In this document: positions 41,753 to 50,398 of the stretch, piece after piece
Layout: each line of letters opens with the position of its first letter
How positions within the stretch are numbered: position 1 is the first letter of the stretch
Source of the DNA: Desulfobacterales bacterium
GTDB lineage: Bacteria > Desulfobacterota > Desulfobacteria > Desulfobacterales > UBA2174
Reading direction: 5' to 3'
Assembly: GCA_963668645.2 (NCBI GenBank)
Contig: CAXXWC010000010.1
Coordinates: 256,001 to 320,000 of the forward strand
DNA length: 64,000 bases
Translations under genes and position numbers: made by a program
The notes under the pieces: model-generated
What the model saw: only the letters and a program-made list of their open reading frames with translations
Database searches by the model: none
What the model was told of the DNA's origin: nothing

Positions 41753-41944
41753 ATGACCTTCATCCGCATCGACACGCTGCCCGGAAAGCTCTTCGTGCCG
41801 GACCGGGATGATGGCAGGAGCGCCAAGCATCGGTGCCCGGACTGCCAGGCCTGCCAGTTTTGCAGTCCTGCGCGCTGCGCCGCCTGCCGTGGCGGGCAGA
41901 CCGGTCGGGAGGACAGGGAAAACCACCAACAGTCCAACGCCTGA
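41753..41944 (+). CDS. Small Cys-rich protein (63 aa)
   Basis: AGGAGG RBS then ATG 41753. CPDCQACQFCSPARCAAC motif. Confidence 0.65.
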   Translation: MTFIRIDTLPGKLFVPDRDDGRSAKHRCPDCQACQFCSPARCAACRGGQTGREDRENHQQSNA

Positions 41945-41962
41945 TGGAGGATTCGAAGCGGC

Positions 41963-42556
41963 CTAGCGCATGTGAAGCGCGACTTCGGCGACCCGGCGGC
42001 CAAGGTTTTTCACGGTTTCCAGACCAAAGGCATCCTGTTTGTATCCGCCGGAGATGCCACTCCAGAGCGTACCGCCGAAATGGTAGGTGCTGTTGCCGTC
42101 GCCGACGACAATCATATCCTGAATCAGCATGGCGGCGTGAACCGCATGGATGGCCGTTTCCTGACCGCCGTGGCGAAATCCGCCCACCGCAATGACGCCT
42201 CCGACCTTGTTTCTCAACAGCGCACCGTTTCTTTTCAGCATGACGCATCGGTCAAGAAACGCCTTGGTCTGGGACGTCATCGTCCCGAAATACACCGGCG
42301 TGGCAATAATGACGGCGCCCAGGTTCGCATCTGCAAGAATGCCGGTCAACGCCTTGAAATCATCCTCCTGGCTGCAGCTCAGCCCTTTTTTGCACGTCCC
42401 GCAGTCCAGACAGCCGTTAATTTTCATCTTGGACAGATCGACAAGCTCGGTTTCCACGCCGGGAAACTCCGATCGGATCGTTTCCAGGCAGGTGTCCAGT
42501 GCGAATTTCGTAGACTTTTCGACGCGGGGGCTTCCGGCAACACCAAGTACCTTCAT
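41963..42556 (-). CDS. Iron-sulfur flavoprotein (Isf/WrbA-like flavodoxin family)
   Basis: AGSPR, CLDCGTC-x5-C, TPVYFG, GGQE. Confidence 0.88.
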   Translation of the reverse strand: MKVLGVAGSPRVEKSTKFALDTCLETIRSEFPGVETELVDLSKMKINGCLDCGTCKKGLSCSQEDDFKALTGILADANLGAVIIATPVYFGTMTSQTKAFLDRCVMLKRNGALLRNKVGGVIAVGGFRHGGQETAIHAVHAAMLIQDMIVVGDGNSTYHFGGTLWSGISGGYKQDAFGLETVKNLGRRVAEVALHMR

Positions 42557-42576
42557 TTGATTTCTCCTCGTAGCGG

Positions 42577-43560
42577 CTAGGGGCGCGCAGGTGGGGAATC
42601 ATCCGATACGACGCGCCGCAATACAGAAGGATCGATCAACCGCTGCACAAACCGGTCCGGTTCGGTCTGCCGGATATATTGAAGGCTCGATAGGAACTGG
42701 ACGTACTCTTTTTCCCCGTCGATATTCAGCTCCCAGGTATAGTTTACGCCGGCCATGGCTCGCCGGACCGTATCCGGATACATTCCTGTAAATTTGACCC
42801 CGATGGCCTGGGCTTTTTCCGGTTCGGTCTGGACAAAGCGGGTTGCCTGCACGTGGACGCGCACAATCGCGTCCACGGCTGCACGATGGCTTCGGGCGAA
42901 GGCTTCATCTACCACAAGGACACAGCAGGGATGATGGGGCCAGATCTGTCTTGAAGTCGCCAGGGTCCGGCCGGCGCCCATGGTTTCGGCCTGGGCCGGA
43001 TAGGGCTGCCAGGCGATGAAGGCGTCGATCTGGCCGGTTCCCAGGGCCTGTATCATTTCAGGCGGTTTCAGTACCATGATATTTGCGGCCGACAGCGAAA
43101 GGCCCGCTTCGATAAACGCTTTGCGCAGGAGAAAGTCCTGGACCGTCGAATGACCCGGCACCGCCACTGTTTTACGGGTTAGATCGGCTACGGTTCGAAG
43201 GTCGCTTCGGTTTTGCGCCACCATGATCGACGAGCCTTCGGTATTGACCTGGGCCACGATTTTCACCGACGCCGTGCCGTTGGCCACCGCCGTGGTCACC
43301 GGAGCCTCTCCGACATAGGCCATGTCGAGCTCCCCGGCTGCAAAAGCGGTCATAATTTCCGGACCGGCACGAAAAACGCCGGCGATCTCAACCTCGGCCC
43401 CGGCCGGGGCGAAGAGGTCCTGTTCCATGGCCACCCACAGGGCCAGGTGATGGATGTCGTTTTGCAGGTACGCCATCCGGATCGGTTGGGCCGAATCGGC
43501 AGGGCTGCCGGCAATCAGCAGCAGAAAAAGAACGATGCTGGCGGATAATCGGTGTCGCAT
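42577..43560 (-). CDS. SsuA/TauA/NMT1-type ABC substrate-binding protein
   Basis: Signal peptide, F.AGPEIM.AFAAGELD.AYVG..P, TVAVPG.STVQD, IDAFIAWQPY, HPCC. Confidence 0.85.
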   Translation of the reverse strand: MRHRLSASIVLFLLLIAGSPADSAQPIRMAYLQNDIHHLALWVAMEQDLFAPAGAEVEIAGVFRAGPEIMTAFAAGELDMAYVGEAPVTTAVANGTASVKIVAQVNTEGSSIMVAQNRSDLRTVADLTRKTVAVPGHSTVQDFLLRKAFIEAGLSLSAANIMVLKPPEMIQALGTGQIDAFIAWQPYPAQAETMGAGRTLATSRQIWPHHPCCVLVVDEAFARSHRAAVDAIVRVHVQATRFVQTEPEKAQAIGVKFTGMYPDTVRRAMAGVNYTWELNIDGEKEYVQFLSSLQYIRQTEPDRFVQRLIDPSVLRRVVSDDSPPARP

Positions 43561-43570
43561 TTTTCCCCTT

Positions 43571-44281
43571 TCAGGGCGTTTCCACCTCGTAGTACCGGTT
43601 GACGCTCAGGCCGGCGAATAAAACCGCTCCGGGGCACGGCACCACGAACTTCTTTGAATACGCCTCGCCGACGATGTTGTAAAATTCAAGGCAGGCCGAA
43701 CAGATCCGCTTGGTCTGGTCGATGCTGTAAGGCACCACCCCGCCGTTGCCGTTCTCGATAAAAAAGCGGGGCTCGATGAAGTTGGCATGGTTGGCGCAGT
43801 GGACCAAAAACAGCTCCGTAAAGGAGATCCCCCGAACGCCCATAATGGCCATCCGGCGCTCTTGTTCTTCAATTTCGCCGCTGTCAAAGGTCTCCCATTG
43901 GGCCGGAGCTGCCCGGCGGTAGCTGGGCCGGTCGATGAGCTGCCGGCAGGCGGCCGGCTCTTTGCCCGGCATTTGGGGAGGGCGAAACGATGATTTGCGG
44001 ATGATCGTATTCTGGGCCAACCCGAAGCGGTCCAGACGCAAATCGGTGATCACCAGAAAGAGGCCGGCAAAGCGGGAAGTTGCGTACCACGACAACTGCC
44101 GCCGGCACAGGCGGTATCGCTGCCAGTTTTCCGGTGGGACATAGCCGATTTGCCTTTTCCGGGCCAGGGGGACGCATACCGCCTTTTTCGCTTCGACCAT
44201 CGCCTGCCCCCGGGCGGCCAATTCGGCATGCAATCTTTCAAAATCCGACTTTTCAAGCCAATAGGTAAATTTTTCAGACAT
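43571..44281 (-). CDS. Hypothetical Cys-containing protein
   Basis: 236-aa ORF fills the operon gap. Motifs HCANHANF, ICSAC, PCPGA. Confidence 0.7.
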   Translation of the reverse strand: MSEKFTYWLEKSDFERLHAELAARGQAMVEAKKAVCVPLARKRQIGYVPPENWQRYRLCRRQLSWYATSRFAGLFLVITDLRLDRFGLAQNTIIRKSSFRPPQMPGKEPAACRQLIDRPSYRRAAPAQWETFDSGEIEEQERRMAIMGVRGISFTELFLVHCANHANFIEPRFFIENGNGGVVPYSIDQTKRICSACLEFYNIVGEAYSKKFVVPCPGAVLFAGLSVNRYYEVETP

Positions 44282-44311
44282 GAGAACCCCGCGCCGGGAA
44301 CCGTCCGGCGG

Positions 44312-45799
44312 CTACGTAACGGCTTGGTGGCCTGCGACCATTCCGGTTTTTTCGGGTTTGGTGACACCGGCTGCTGCCGCCGGCTTTTCGACCTTGGCCC
44401 TTGCTTCAGCCTTGGCTTTAGCCTTTTGGGCGGCCTCCTGTTCGGCTTTTTCAAATACGTTATAGCCGAGGAGCGATTCAGAGACCAACGCACTCATATC
44501 GGCCATTTGGATGGCTGAACCGGTCGTGTTGATCCCGACCTGCAGGCCCTGAAAGCAGAACGGACAGCAGGAAACCAGGTAATTTGCACCGGTGGATTCG
44601 GCCTCCTGAACCCGGCGCTGCGCCATTTTGTTTTGCACCTCGGGATACCCGGCCTTCAGTCCACCGCCTGCCCCGCAGCACCGGGAGTAATGGCGATTGC
44701 GGGGCATCTCCACCAGCTCCAGGCCGGGAATGGCGTTCATAATGGTTCGCGGAGCGTCGAACACATGGGTGGCGCGGCCCAGATGGCACGGATCGTGGTA
44801 AGTGACTTTTTTGTTGACCGGGTGCTTGAACTCCAGCCGGCCCGCTTCCAGCAGCCGGACGAGATACTCGACCGTGTGCAGGACTTCAAAATTCAACCGG
44901 CCGACGTTGGGATAGTCCTGCTTGATGGTTTTAAAGCAGCCCGAACAGGAGGTGATGAGCGTTTCAAACCCCAGATCGTTGAACTGTTCGATATTTTCTT
45001 TAAACAGGCGCCGGTGCTCCGGGTCGCCCATGCGCAGCAGCACGCTTCCGCAGCACTTTTCATCCTTGCCCAGGACACCGTAGTCGATGTTCAGGGCATC
45101 GAGAATGTTGACCGTATAAATCGCCACCTGTTTTACATTCACATCATAGGCGGCCGTGCATCCGAAAAAGAGCAGCACCTTTGCATGATTCTTTTTAATC
45201 TCCGGCGGGAGATCTTTGATCAGGCCGTCTTTTTTCGCCCTTCGGGCCCAATTCGCCCGTCCGGCCCGCGGCTGCTGCCAGGGGTTGTCAAACGATTTGA
45301 CGCTCTTTTCCAATGCTTTTTGAGGTTCCAGGGGGCCGTAACCGGCCTGGACAATGATCCGCCGCAGATCCTCCCACAGATTCACGGTATCGATATGGGC
45401 CGGGCATACGATTTCACACTGGCCGCAGGTCGAGCACTCATACAAATTTTTGACAAAACTTTGGATTTCTTCGTGGGTGATCGCCCCGTGCCCGGCAAGC
45501 GCAAGGAGAATCTTTCGGATCGGTGCCGGCAGCCGGCCGTTTTTCAGCGCCCGGTTCAGCAGGCCCTGCTGCTTTCTGACAATCCGCAAAAAATCGATCA
45601 CCTTGCGCCTGGGGATGATGTCTTCCCTGGCGTCCTGGTCGTAAACCGGGCACCAGTTCAGGCATTCGCCGCAATGTGTGCAGGCGTCGAGTTCGATCAA
45701 TCGGCGCATATTCAAGTCGTCAAGGGGTAAATCAACGACAGCCTCCGTGGAATCCGGTTCCGCGTGCTCTAATTTCGCATCCTCATTTTCCCTGGTCAT
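44312..45799 (-). CDS. HdrD/GlcF-like Fe-S oxidoreductase (two 4Fe-4S plus two CCG domains)
   Basis: CTHCGECLNWCP, CSTCGQCEIVCP, GC..CCG..CSGC and YHDPCHLGR..CCGAGGG..CPFC. Confidence 0.9.
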   Translation of the reverse strand: MTRENEDAKLEHAEPDSTEAVVDLPLDDLNMRRLIELDACTHCGECLNWCPVYDQDAREDIIPRRKVIDFLRIVRKQQGLLNRALKNGRLPAPIRKILLALAGHGAITHEEIQSFVKNLYECSTCGQCEIVCPAHIDTVNLWEDLRRIIVQAGYGPLEPQKALEKSVKSFDNPWQQPRAGRANWARRAKKDGLIKDLPPEIKKNHAKVLLFFGCTAAYDVNVKQVAIYTVNILDALNIDYGVLGKDEKCCGSVLLRMGDPEHRRLFKENIEQFNDLGFETLITSCSGCFKTIKQDYPNVGRLNFEVLHTVEYLVRLLEAGRLEFKHPVNKKVTYHDPCHLGRATHVFDAPRTIMNAIPGLELVEMPRNRHYSRCCGAGGGLKAGYPEVQNKMAQRRVQEAESTGANYLVSCCPFCFQGLQVGINTTGSAIQMADMSALVSESLLGYNVFEKAEQEAAQKAKAKAEARAKVEKPAAAAGVTKPEKTGMVAGHQAVT

Positions 45800-45884
45800 A
45801 GCAGTCCCTTTTCGTGCGAAGGCAGGCGGTGCAAGTCGGTTTCCGGATCTGACAGGCAGCGATCACCGGCTTGCGCCGCCCGGT

Positions 45885-47327
45885 TCACCGTTGTACACCG
45901 GCGATTTCTTCCATAAAATACGTCAGCGGGGTGCTGATCACATGCTTCATCTTGCCAAAGGGCAGGTAGGCAATGAAGATCGCCCCCACAGCGGCGTGCA
46001 AATACCACAGCACCGGATAAACCGCCTGCCAGTCGGCCTGGATGGAGCCAAGCAGCAAAGACAACGGATAGCCGATAAAGGCCCAGCCGGCAGGGTCTGG
46101 CGGCAGACCGGTGACGATCAGCCGGGCGGCTTCGAGGACAAATCCGATCAGAACGAGGCTGCCGATAATCACCAGGGCGGCCGTGTCCTGGTATTCGGTT
46201 TTGACATGCACCGGGCGGATCCAGAGGCGTTGAACGGCGGCGCCCACGATCCCCGCAAAAATACACAACCCCAACAAGTCGTTCACAAACGCCGTAAACG
46301 GATGGCTTTTATCGATCAATGCCAGGGCCAGATCGCTGCCGGGTGCGATGTAGAAAAGAAGGCCGGTGGCCACGGCCAGGAAAAATCGAAACAGAATCGC
46401 TAAAAAAATGAGCGAGTGAAGAAGCCAGCGGCGCACGCTTTCCTTGAGGATCCTTTGCTGCAGGACAATGTCGACAAAAAAGACCCGAAGCAGGGTAAAA
46501 AATTTGCGGGAAAAAATCAGCCGCCAGAGGTACTCGCTGCTCAAATCGAGCTTGTGGGCAAGCGAACCGGATTCTCCCAACACCCGGCCCTGATAGTAGA
46601 ACAAAAAAAGCAGCACCACGCCGAACAGAAACACCAGCAGGGCCGCCCCGAAGGTGAAATGGCCGACAGTCAGGGATGCCGGGTGGCACACCATGCACAT
46701 GACGCTTTTGGCCGGCAGAACCGCAGCCGGTGCCCCGACTGAATTCTGCTTGTGGTGGCATCGCTCGCACAGGGCGGGGTCTTTTGCATCTGCCAGGCGG
46801 TGCTCGGTCAACGCCATCGGCTGGCCTGAAGCATCGTAGGCGGCCAGGGTCACCTGGGAGAGGGCCGAGTCCCGCTCCGGGCGCCCCTTTTCCCAATGGC
46901 AGGCCTGGCAGGCCACGGTCAAATGGGGGCTGTGGGCTGGTGATTCGCCGTGCCGGTCGTGGCAATCGAGGCACTGGGCGCCTGAAAGGGTCTTATGCGG
47001 CGAGCGGCCTGCGTCTTTGTGGCATCGGATGCAGGCAAGCTGCTGGTGTGGATAGTCTTTGAGCACTTCGGGGCCGACCACCAGCGCAATCTGTGCCTTT
47101 CCCACCGTGCGGATGCTGCGCTCGGCCTTGGCGTGGCATTCCGTGCAAAAGGCCCGGTTGCTGTAAGCTCCCTCCAGGGAAGTCGTATTGGAGGCCCGGT
47201 GACAATCCAGACAGTCCCGTTCGGCAGGAGGTGCGGTTTCCGTTGCGAGAGCCGTAAAACTCCACCCGATGATTCCGACGGCAAGAAAGGCTCCCATGGT
47301 CATCCAACAAATGGCGCGTCGATTCAT
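45885..47327 (-). CDS. Heptaheme cytochrome c fused to a NarI/DsrM-like membrane cytochrome b domain
   Basis: Signal/TM segment, 7 CxxCH (CLDCH, CTECH, CIRCH, CLDCH, CQACH, CERCH, CMVCH), then RWLLH..G..LEA.R..LH...IAYLPFGKMKH. Confidence 0.85.
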   Translation of the reverse strand: MNRRAICWMTMGAFLAVGIIGWSFTALATETAPPAERDCLDCHRASNTTSLEGAYSNRAFCTECHAKAERSIRTVGKAQIALVVGPEVLKDYPHQQLACIRCHKDAGRSPHKTLSGAQCLDCHDRHGESPAHSPHLTVACQACHWEKGRPERDSALSQVTLAAYDASGQPMALTEHRLADAKDPALCERCHHKQNSVGAPAAVLPAKSVMCMVCHPASLTVGHFTFGAALLVFLFGVVLLFLFYYQGRVLGESGSLAHKLDLSSEYLWRLIFSRKFFTLLRVFFVDIVLQQRILKESVRRWLLHSLIFLAILFRFFLAVATGLLFYIAPGSDLALALIDKSHPFTAFVNDLLGLCIFAGIVGAAVQRLWIRPVHVKTEYQDTAALVIIGSLVLIGFVLEAARLIVTGLPPDPAGWAFIGYPLSLLLGSIQADWQAVYPVLWYLHAAVGAIFIAYLPFGKMKHVISTPLTYFMEEIAGVQR

Positions 47328-47344
47328 CTGCGTTGTCTTCCTTT

Positions 47345-48067
47345 TCAGGCTTTTTCAGTTGCCGCGGGCTGCGACGAGACCTGCATCGCTTCCCATTCGC
47401 CCGGATGCTTCAGCATGAGATCCTCCCTGGTGATCCAACCGGAGAAAATCGATTTTTCTAGCGGGAACACGCCGGGGGTCAAATGGGTGTCGGTCATGTG
47501 GACAAAGGCGATATACATAACCGCCAGAATCGCCTCGTGGAAATGAAGCTCGCCAGCGATGTTAATGAAATACCCCGGCAACATCTTCGAAAACATTTCC
47601 GGGTACACCATCAGCAACCCGGTAATGCCCATGCTCTGCATTCCCCCCAGCACCGCCCAGTAGTCGACTTTTTGAAGGTAGCCGAATCGATTGTAGCGGG
47701 CCGGCTCTCCCCTGCCGAAGATGTAGCGGATATTCTGGGCAAGATCCTGAAAGTCCTTGAGGCTGGGAAACAGACTCTGGGGGCCGATGAGGTGCCCTTT
47801 TTGCACAAACTTATGGTAGGCCAGGTACAGCAGGTGCAGCATGACACAGATATAAAACACGGCGGCACTGACGCGGTGGATCGAGGCAAGACCGGTGGCC
47901 CCGCCCAACAATGCCGCGACGAGCCGGGCCCACCCCTGATGGCTGAAGTGAAGGGTAAAACCGGTGATCGAAAGCAGGGTGAACGTTGCGATCACCACCA
48001 CGTGCAAAAGCCGGTGATAAACCACAAACCTTCGGTATCTTTGCGTGTCGTTTCGGTCTGGATTCAT
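47345..48067 (-). CDS. FdnI-type diheme cytochrome b
   Basis: RF..YHRLLH, IHR..H, RFGYLQKVDYWA, TGL, H..EA.LA...VH. Confidence 0.85.
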   Translation of the reverse strand: MNPDRNDTQRYRRFVVYHRLLHVVVIATFTLLSITGFTLHFSHQGWARLVAALLGGATGLASIHRVSAAVFYICVMLHLLYLAYHKFVQKGHLIGPQSLFPSLKDFQDLAQNIRYIFGRGEPARYNRFGYLQKVDYWAVLGGMQSMGITGLLMVYPEMFSKMLPGYFINIAGELHFHEAILAVMYIAFVHMTDTHLTPGVFPLEKSIFSGWITREDLMLKHPGEWEAMQVSSQPAATEKA

Positions 48068-48987
48068 TATGCCTTCTTCCTCAAATGATCGTGGAGCTTT
48101 CGCAACTGCAGCATAAAGCTGTGTGAGTAAAAACCGACCAGCAAGACGACGATAAAGACCAGGGAAACAAGGCTGATCACATGGACCCGGGAAATGGCGA
48201 CGGCCTTTGACGAGCTTTTTTCTTCACTGCCGCCCGCTTTGTAATGAATGACGATACTGGCATAGGCCGGACCGGCTTCGGGATGACATGACCGGCAGGT
48301 GGACAGCAGTTGCTTTTCATCGGTTTTAAGACTTCTGGTGGCATGCGCCCCGTGGCAGTCCGAACAAAGGGCCGCCCGCTCGTGGTCGAGATAGACGGCG
48401 GCCTTTCCGTGGTAATTTTCCAGGTAGGTTTGTAGTTGCTGCGGGTGGCAGCTACCGCAACGGCCCACCATCAACCGTCCCAAATCGTTGCGCGACAGGT
48501 GGGACCGATCGTAGTGGCTGGCGTGGCAATCCCCGCATTGGGGTGCGGGGCGTGGTTCGCCGGTTTTCGAATCAACGGCCACCCCTTCTTTATTTTCTTT
48601 TGCCAGTGCCTCGGCGTGAGCGCCTTGGCCGGCACGGCTATGGGCGGCACTATGGCAACTTTTGCACCGGCCGTAATCAAACATCTTGCGGGTGTCCCGC
48701 TGAAGCTTTTTCATGTCATCAAAGTCTGGATGGGACTGTCCCTTTTCGGTCATGGTGCCGTGACATTGGGCGCACGAGATACCGGTATGGGCCCCTTGCG
48801 AAAATCGGTGCATGTTGACAAACCAGCCCGCTTTTTCCAGGGGGGCGGTGTTTTCTTTTGCCCATACGCTTCCTGCGGCCAGCAGCATCAGCCCCAGCAG
48901 CAAAACGGAAAGGGCTCCGATGCCCGGCTGCCGATACCCTGCACCTGGAAAGCCCCTGGTGTCATATCTAAAACGATTCGGCTCCAA
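48067..48987 (-). CDS. Hexaheme cytochrome c with C-terminal membrane anchor
   Basis: 6 CxxCH (CAQCH, CKSCH, CGDCH, CGSCH, CSDCH, CRSCH), signal-like N-terminus, C-terminal TM. TTG start after AGGAG. Confidence 0.87.
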   Translation of the reverse strand: MEPNRFRYDTRGFPGAGYRQPGIGALSVLLLGLMLLAAGSVWAKENTAPLEKAGWFVNMHRFSQGAHTGISCAQCHGTMTEKGQSHPDFDDMKKLQRDTRKMFDYGRCKSCHSAAHSRAGQGAHAEALAKENKEGVAVDSKTGEPRPAPQCGDCHASHYDRSHLSRNDLGRLMVGRCGSCHPQQLQTYLENYHGKAAVYLDHERAALCSDCHGAHATRSLKTDEKQLLSTCRSCHPEAGPAYASIVIHYKAGGSEEKSSSKAVAISRVHVISLVSLVFIVVLLVGFYSHSFMLQLRKLHDHLRKKA

Positions 48988-49009
48988 TTCACTCTCCTGC
49001 TTGCGTTAT

Positions 49010-50347
49010 TTAAACAACGTTCGCTATCGCGGCTTCTCGGCCTCGACGATCCCGGCGCCCCTCCTGCCGGTTTCGGGTTCGGAAATAAGAATCGAAAAAC
49101 ACCCTGGACAGCCGGCGCAGGCTGTCCAAAATCTGTTCCGCGATGCGGGCGGTCTCCTGCCGCCGCTCGACGGCGCTTTTCATCTCCCGCATCAAATCGG
49201 CCACCTCGGCAGCCGTGCGGCACATCGTTTCGCCTTCCCCTTTCTGCAAGCAGGCGGCCGGCAGTTTGGACAACGGCCTCAGACGCTTCCAGATGGCCTC
49301 CAGAAAGACCCGAATTTTCTGTGGATCGTAGACTTTGGCGCCGATTTGCCACTGCAACGGCATCAGCTCAAGGCCGACCGCGACAATACGCGCATTGCTA
49401 AGATGCCGTTTCAGCTCGTGCAGCAGGGGGCCGGCCGGCACCTTTTCGATGGTTTGCAGTGGCGGGGAGGCGAATCGATCCGGGTTGGCCCCTGCCTGCG
49501 GGGCATCCCGGAGGATTGCGTCCATCATCAGTTGGTTGGGCAGTGGAAATCGAGGATGTTCAAAATGGGGACCGAACAGATAGAAAACGCCTCTTCCCCG
49601 GGGAATCCGGAGTACTGCCGCGCGCCCCACCAGGACCTCCCGGGCCCGGCCGGGGCTTATCAGGTATTGGGTTTTGTCGCTAAATCCGGCATAGGTGGCC
49701 AGGGTCCAACCGGGATCTTCCGGAATCATCGCCGGCCCGCCGTATAAAGGCGCCGTAAACGGCAAGGGCCCGCAAAAGGGGGAAATGCCTGTCAGCGTCA
49801 CCGCCTCCCGCACGGGATGGTAGACGTACTGGCAGCCATACGGCGTGCAATACTTGTGGGCAAGCCGCTCGGCGGGGGGCAGGTGCTTGGCCAGGTTGGC
49901 GATTTTAACCCGCGTAAAGTTAAAATGGTTCAAATCGGGTTTGGACGAGGTCATCGGCAGGTAAGCCCCGGCGCAAACTCCGATGTATACACCGCCGGCA
50001 TTTACAAAATCGGCGATGGCCCCAGCCCCGGCCGGGCCCAGTCCCCGGGCGACGGCAAACGTATCTCCGCCGGAAACGGCCAATACGTCCAGGTCGTGCA
50101 AAACGTTTGCACAGACCATCTCCTCGTCCAGGCACCGGACCGCGTGCAGCCCGAAGCGCTCGAAAAGATCAATAAACCAAAGCCAGGAATGGGAAGTCCC
50201 CCGGCCGGCATAGATGCCGATTCGTGGATTTGGGGGCCGATTATCCGCCGGCAATGCCCGTTCGATTGCCGGCGGCAATCTTTGGCAGGACAGATCCGCT
50301 TTTTTTCCGATACGCCGATCCTGATGGGTACAATTGCGATGCTGCAT
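49010..50347 (-). CDS. BPL-N (class I glutamine amidotransferase-like) domain protein with a helical C-terminal extension
   Basis: VLAVSGGDTF, FVNAGGVYIGVCAGAY nucleophile elbow, YGGP, G.G...LFGPHFE. Start uncertain. Confidence 0.75.
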   Translation of the reverse strand: MQHRNCTHQDRRIGKKADLSCQRLPPAIERALPADNRPPNPRIGIYAGRGTSHSWLWFIDLFERFGLHAVRCLDEEMVCANVLHDLDVLAVSGGDTFAVARGLGPAGAGAIADFVNAGGVYIGVCAGAYLPMTSSKPDLNHFNFTRVKIANLAKHLPPAERLAHKYCTPYGCQYVYHPVREAVTLTGISPFCGPLPFTAPLYGGPAMIPEDPGWTLATYAGFSDKTQYLISPGRAREVLVGRAAVLRIPRGRGVFYLFGPHFEHPRFPLPNQLMMDAILRDAPQAGANPDRFASPPLQTIEKVPAGPLLHELKRHLSNARIVAVGLELMPLQWQIGAKVYDPQKIRVFLEAIWKRLRPLSKLPAACLQKGEGETMCRTAAEVADLMREMKSAVERRQETARIAEQILDSLRRLSRVFFDSYFRTRNRQEGRRDRRGREAAIANVV

Positions 50348-50398
50348 CACTGCCCCCAGGGGGCTCCCGGCCGGGAGCCGATATCGACTTTCGGGGCA

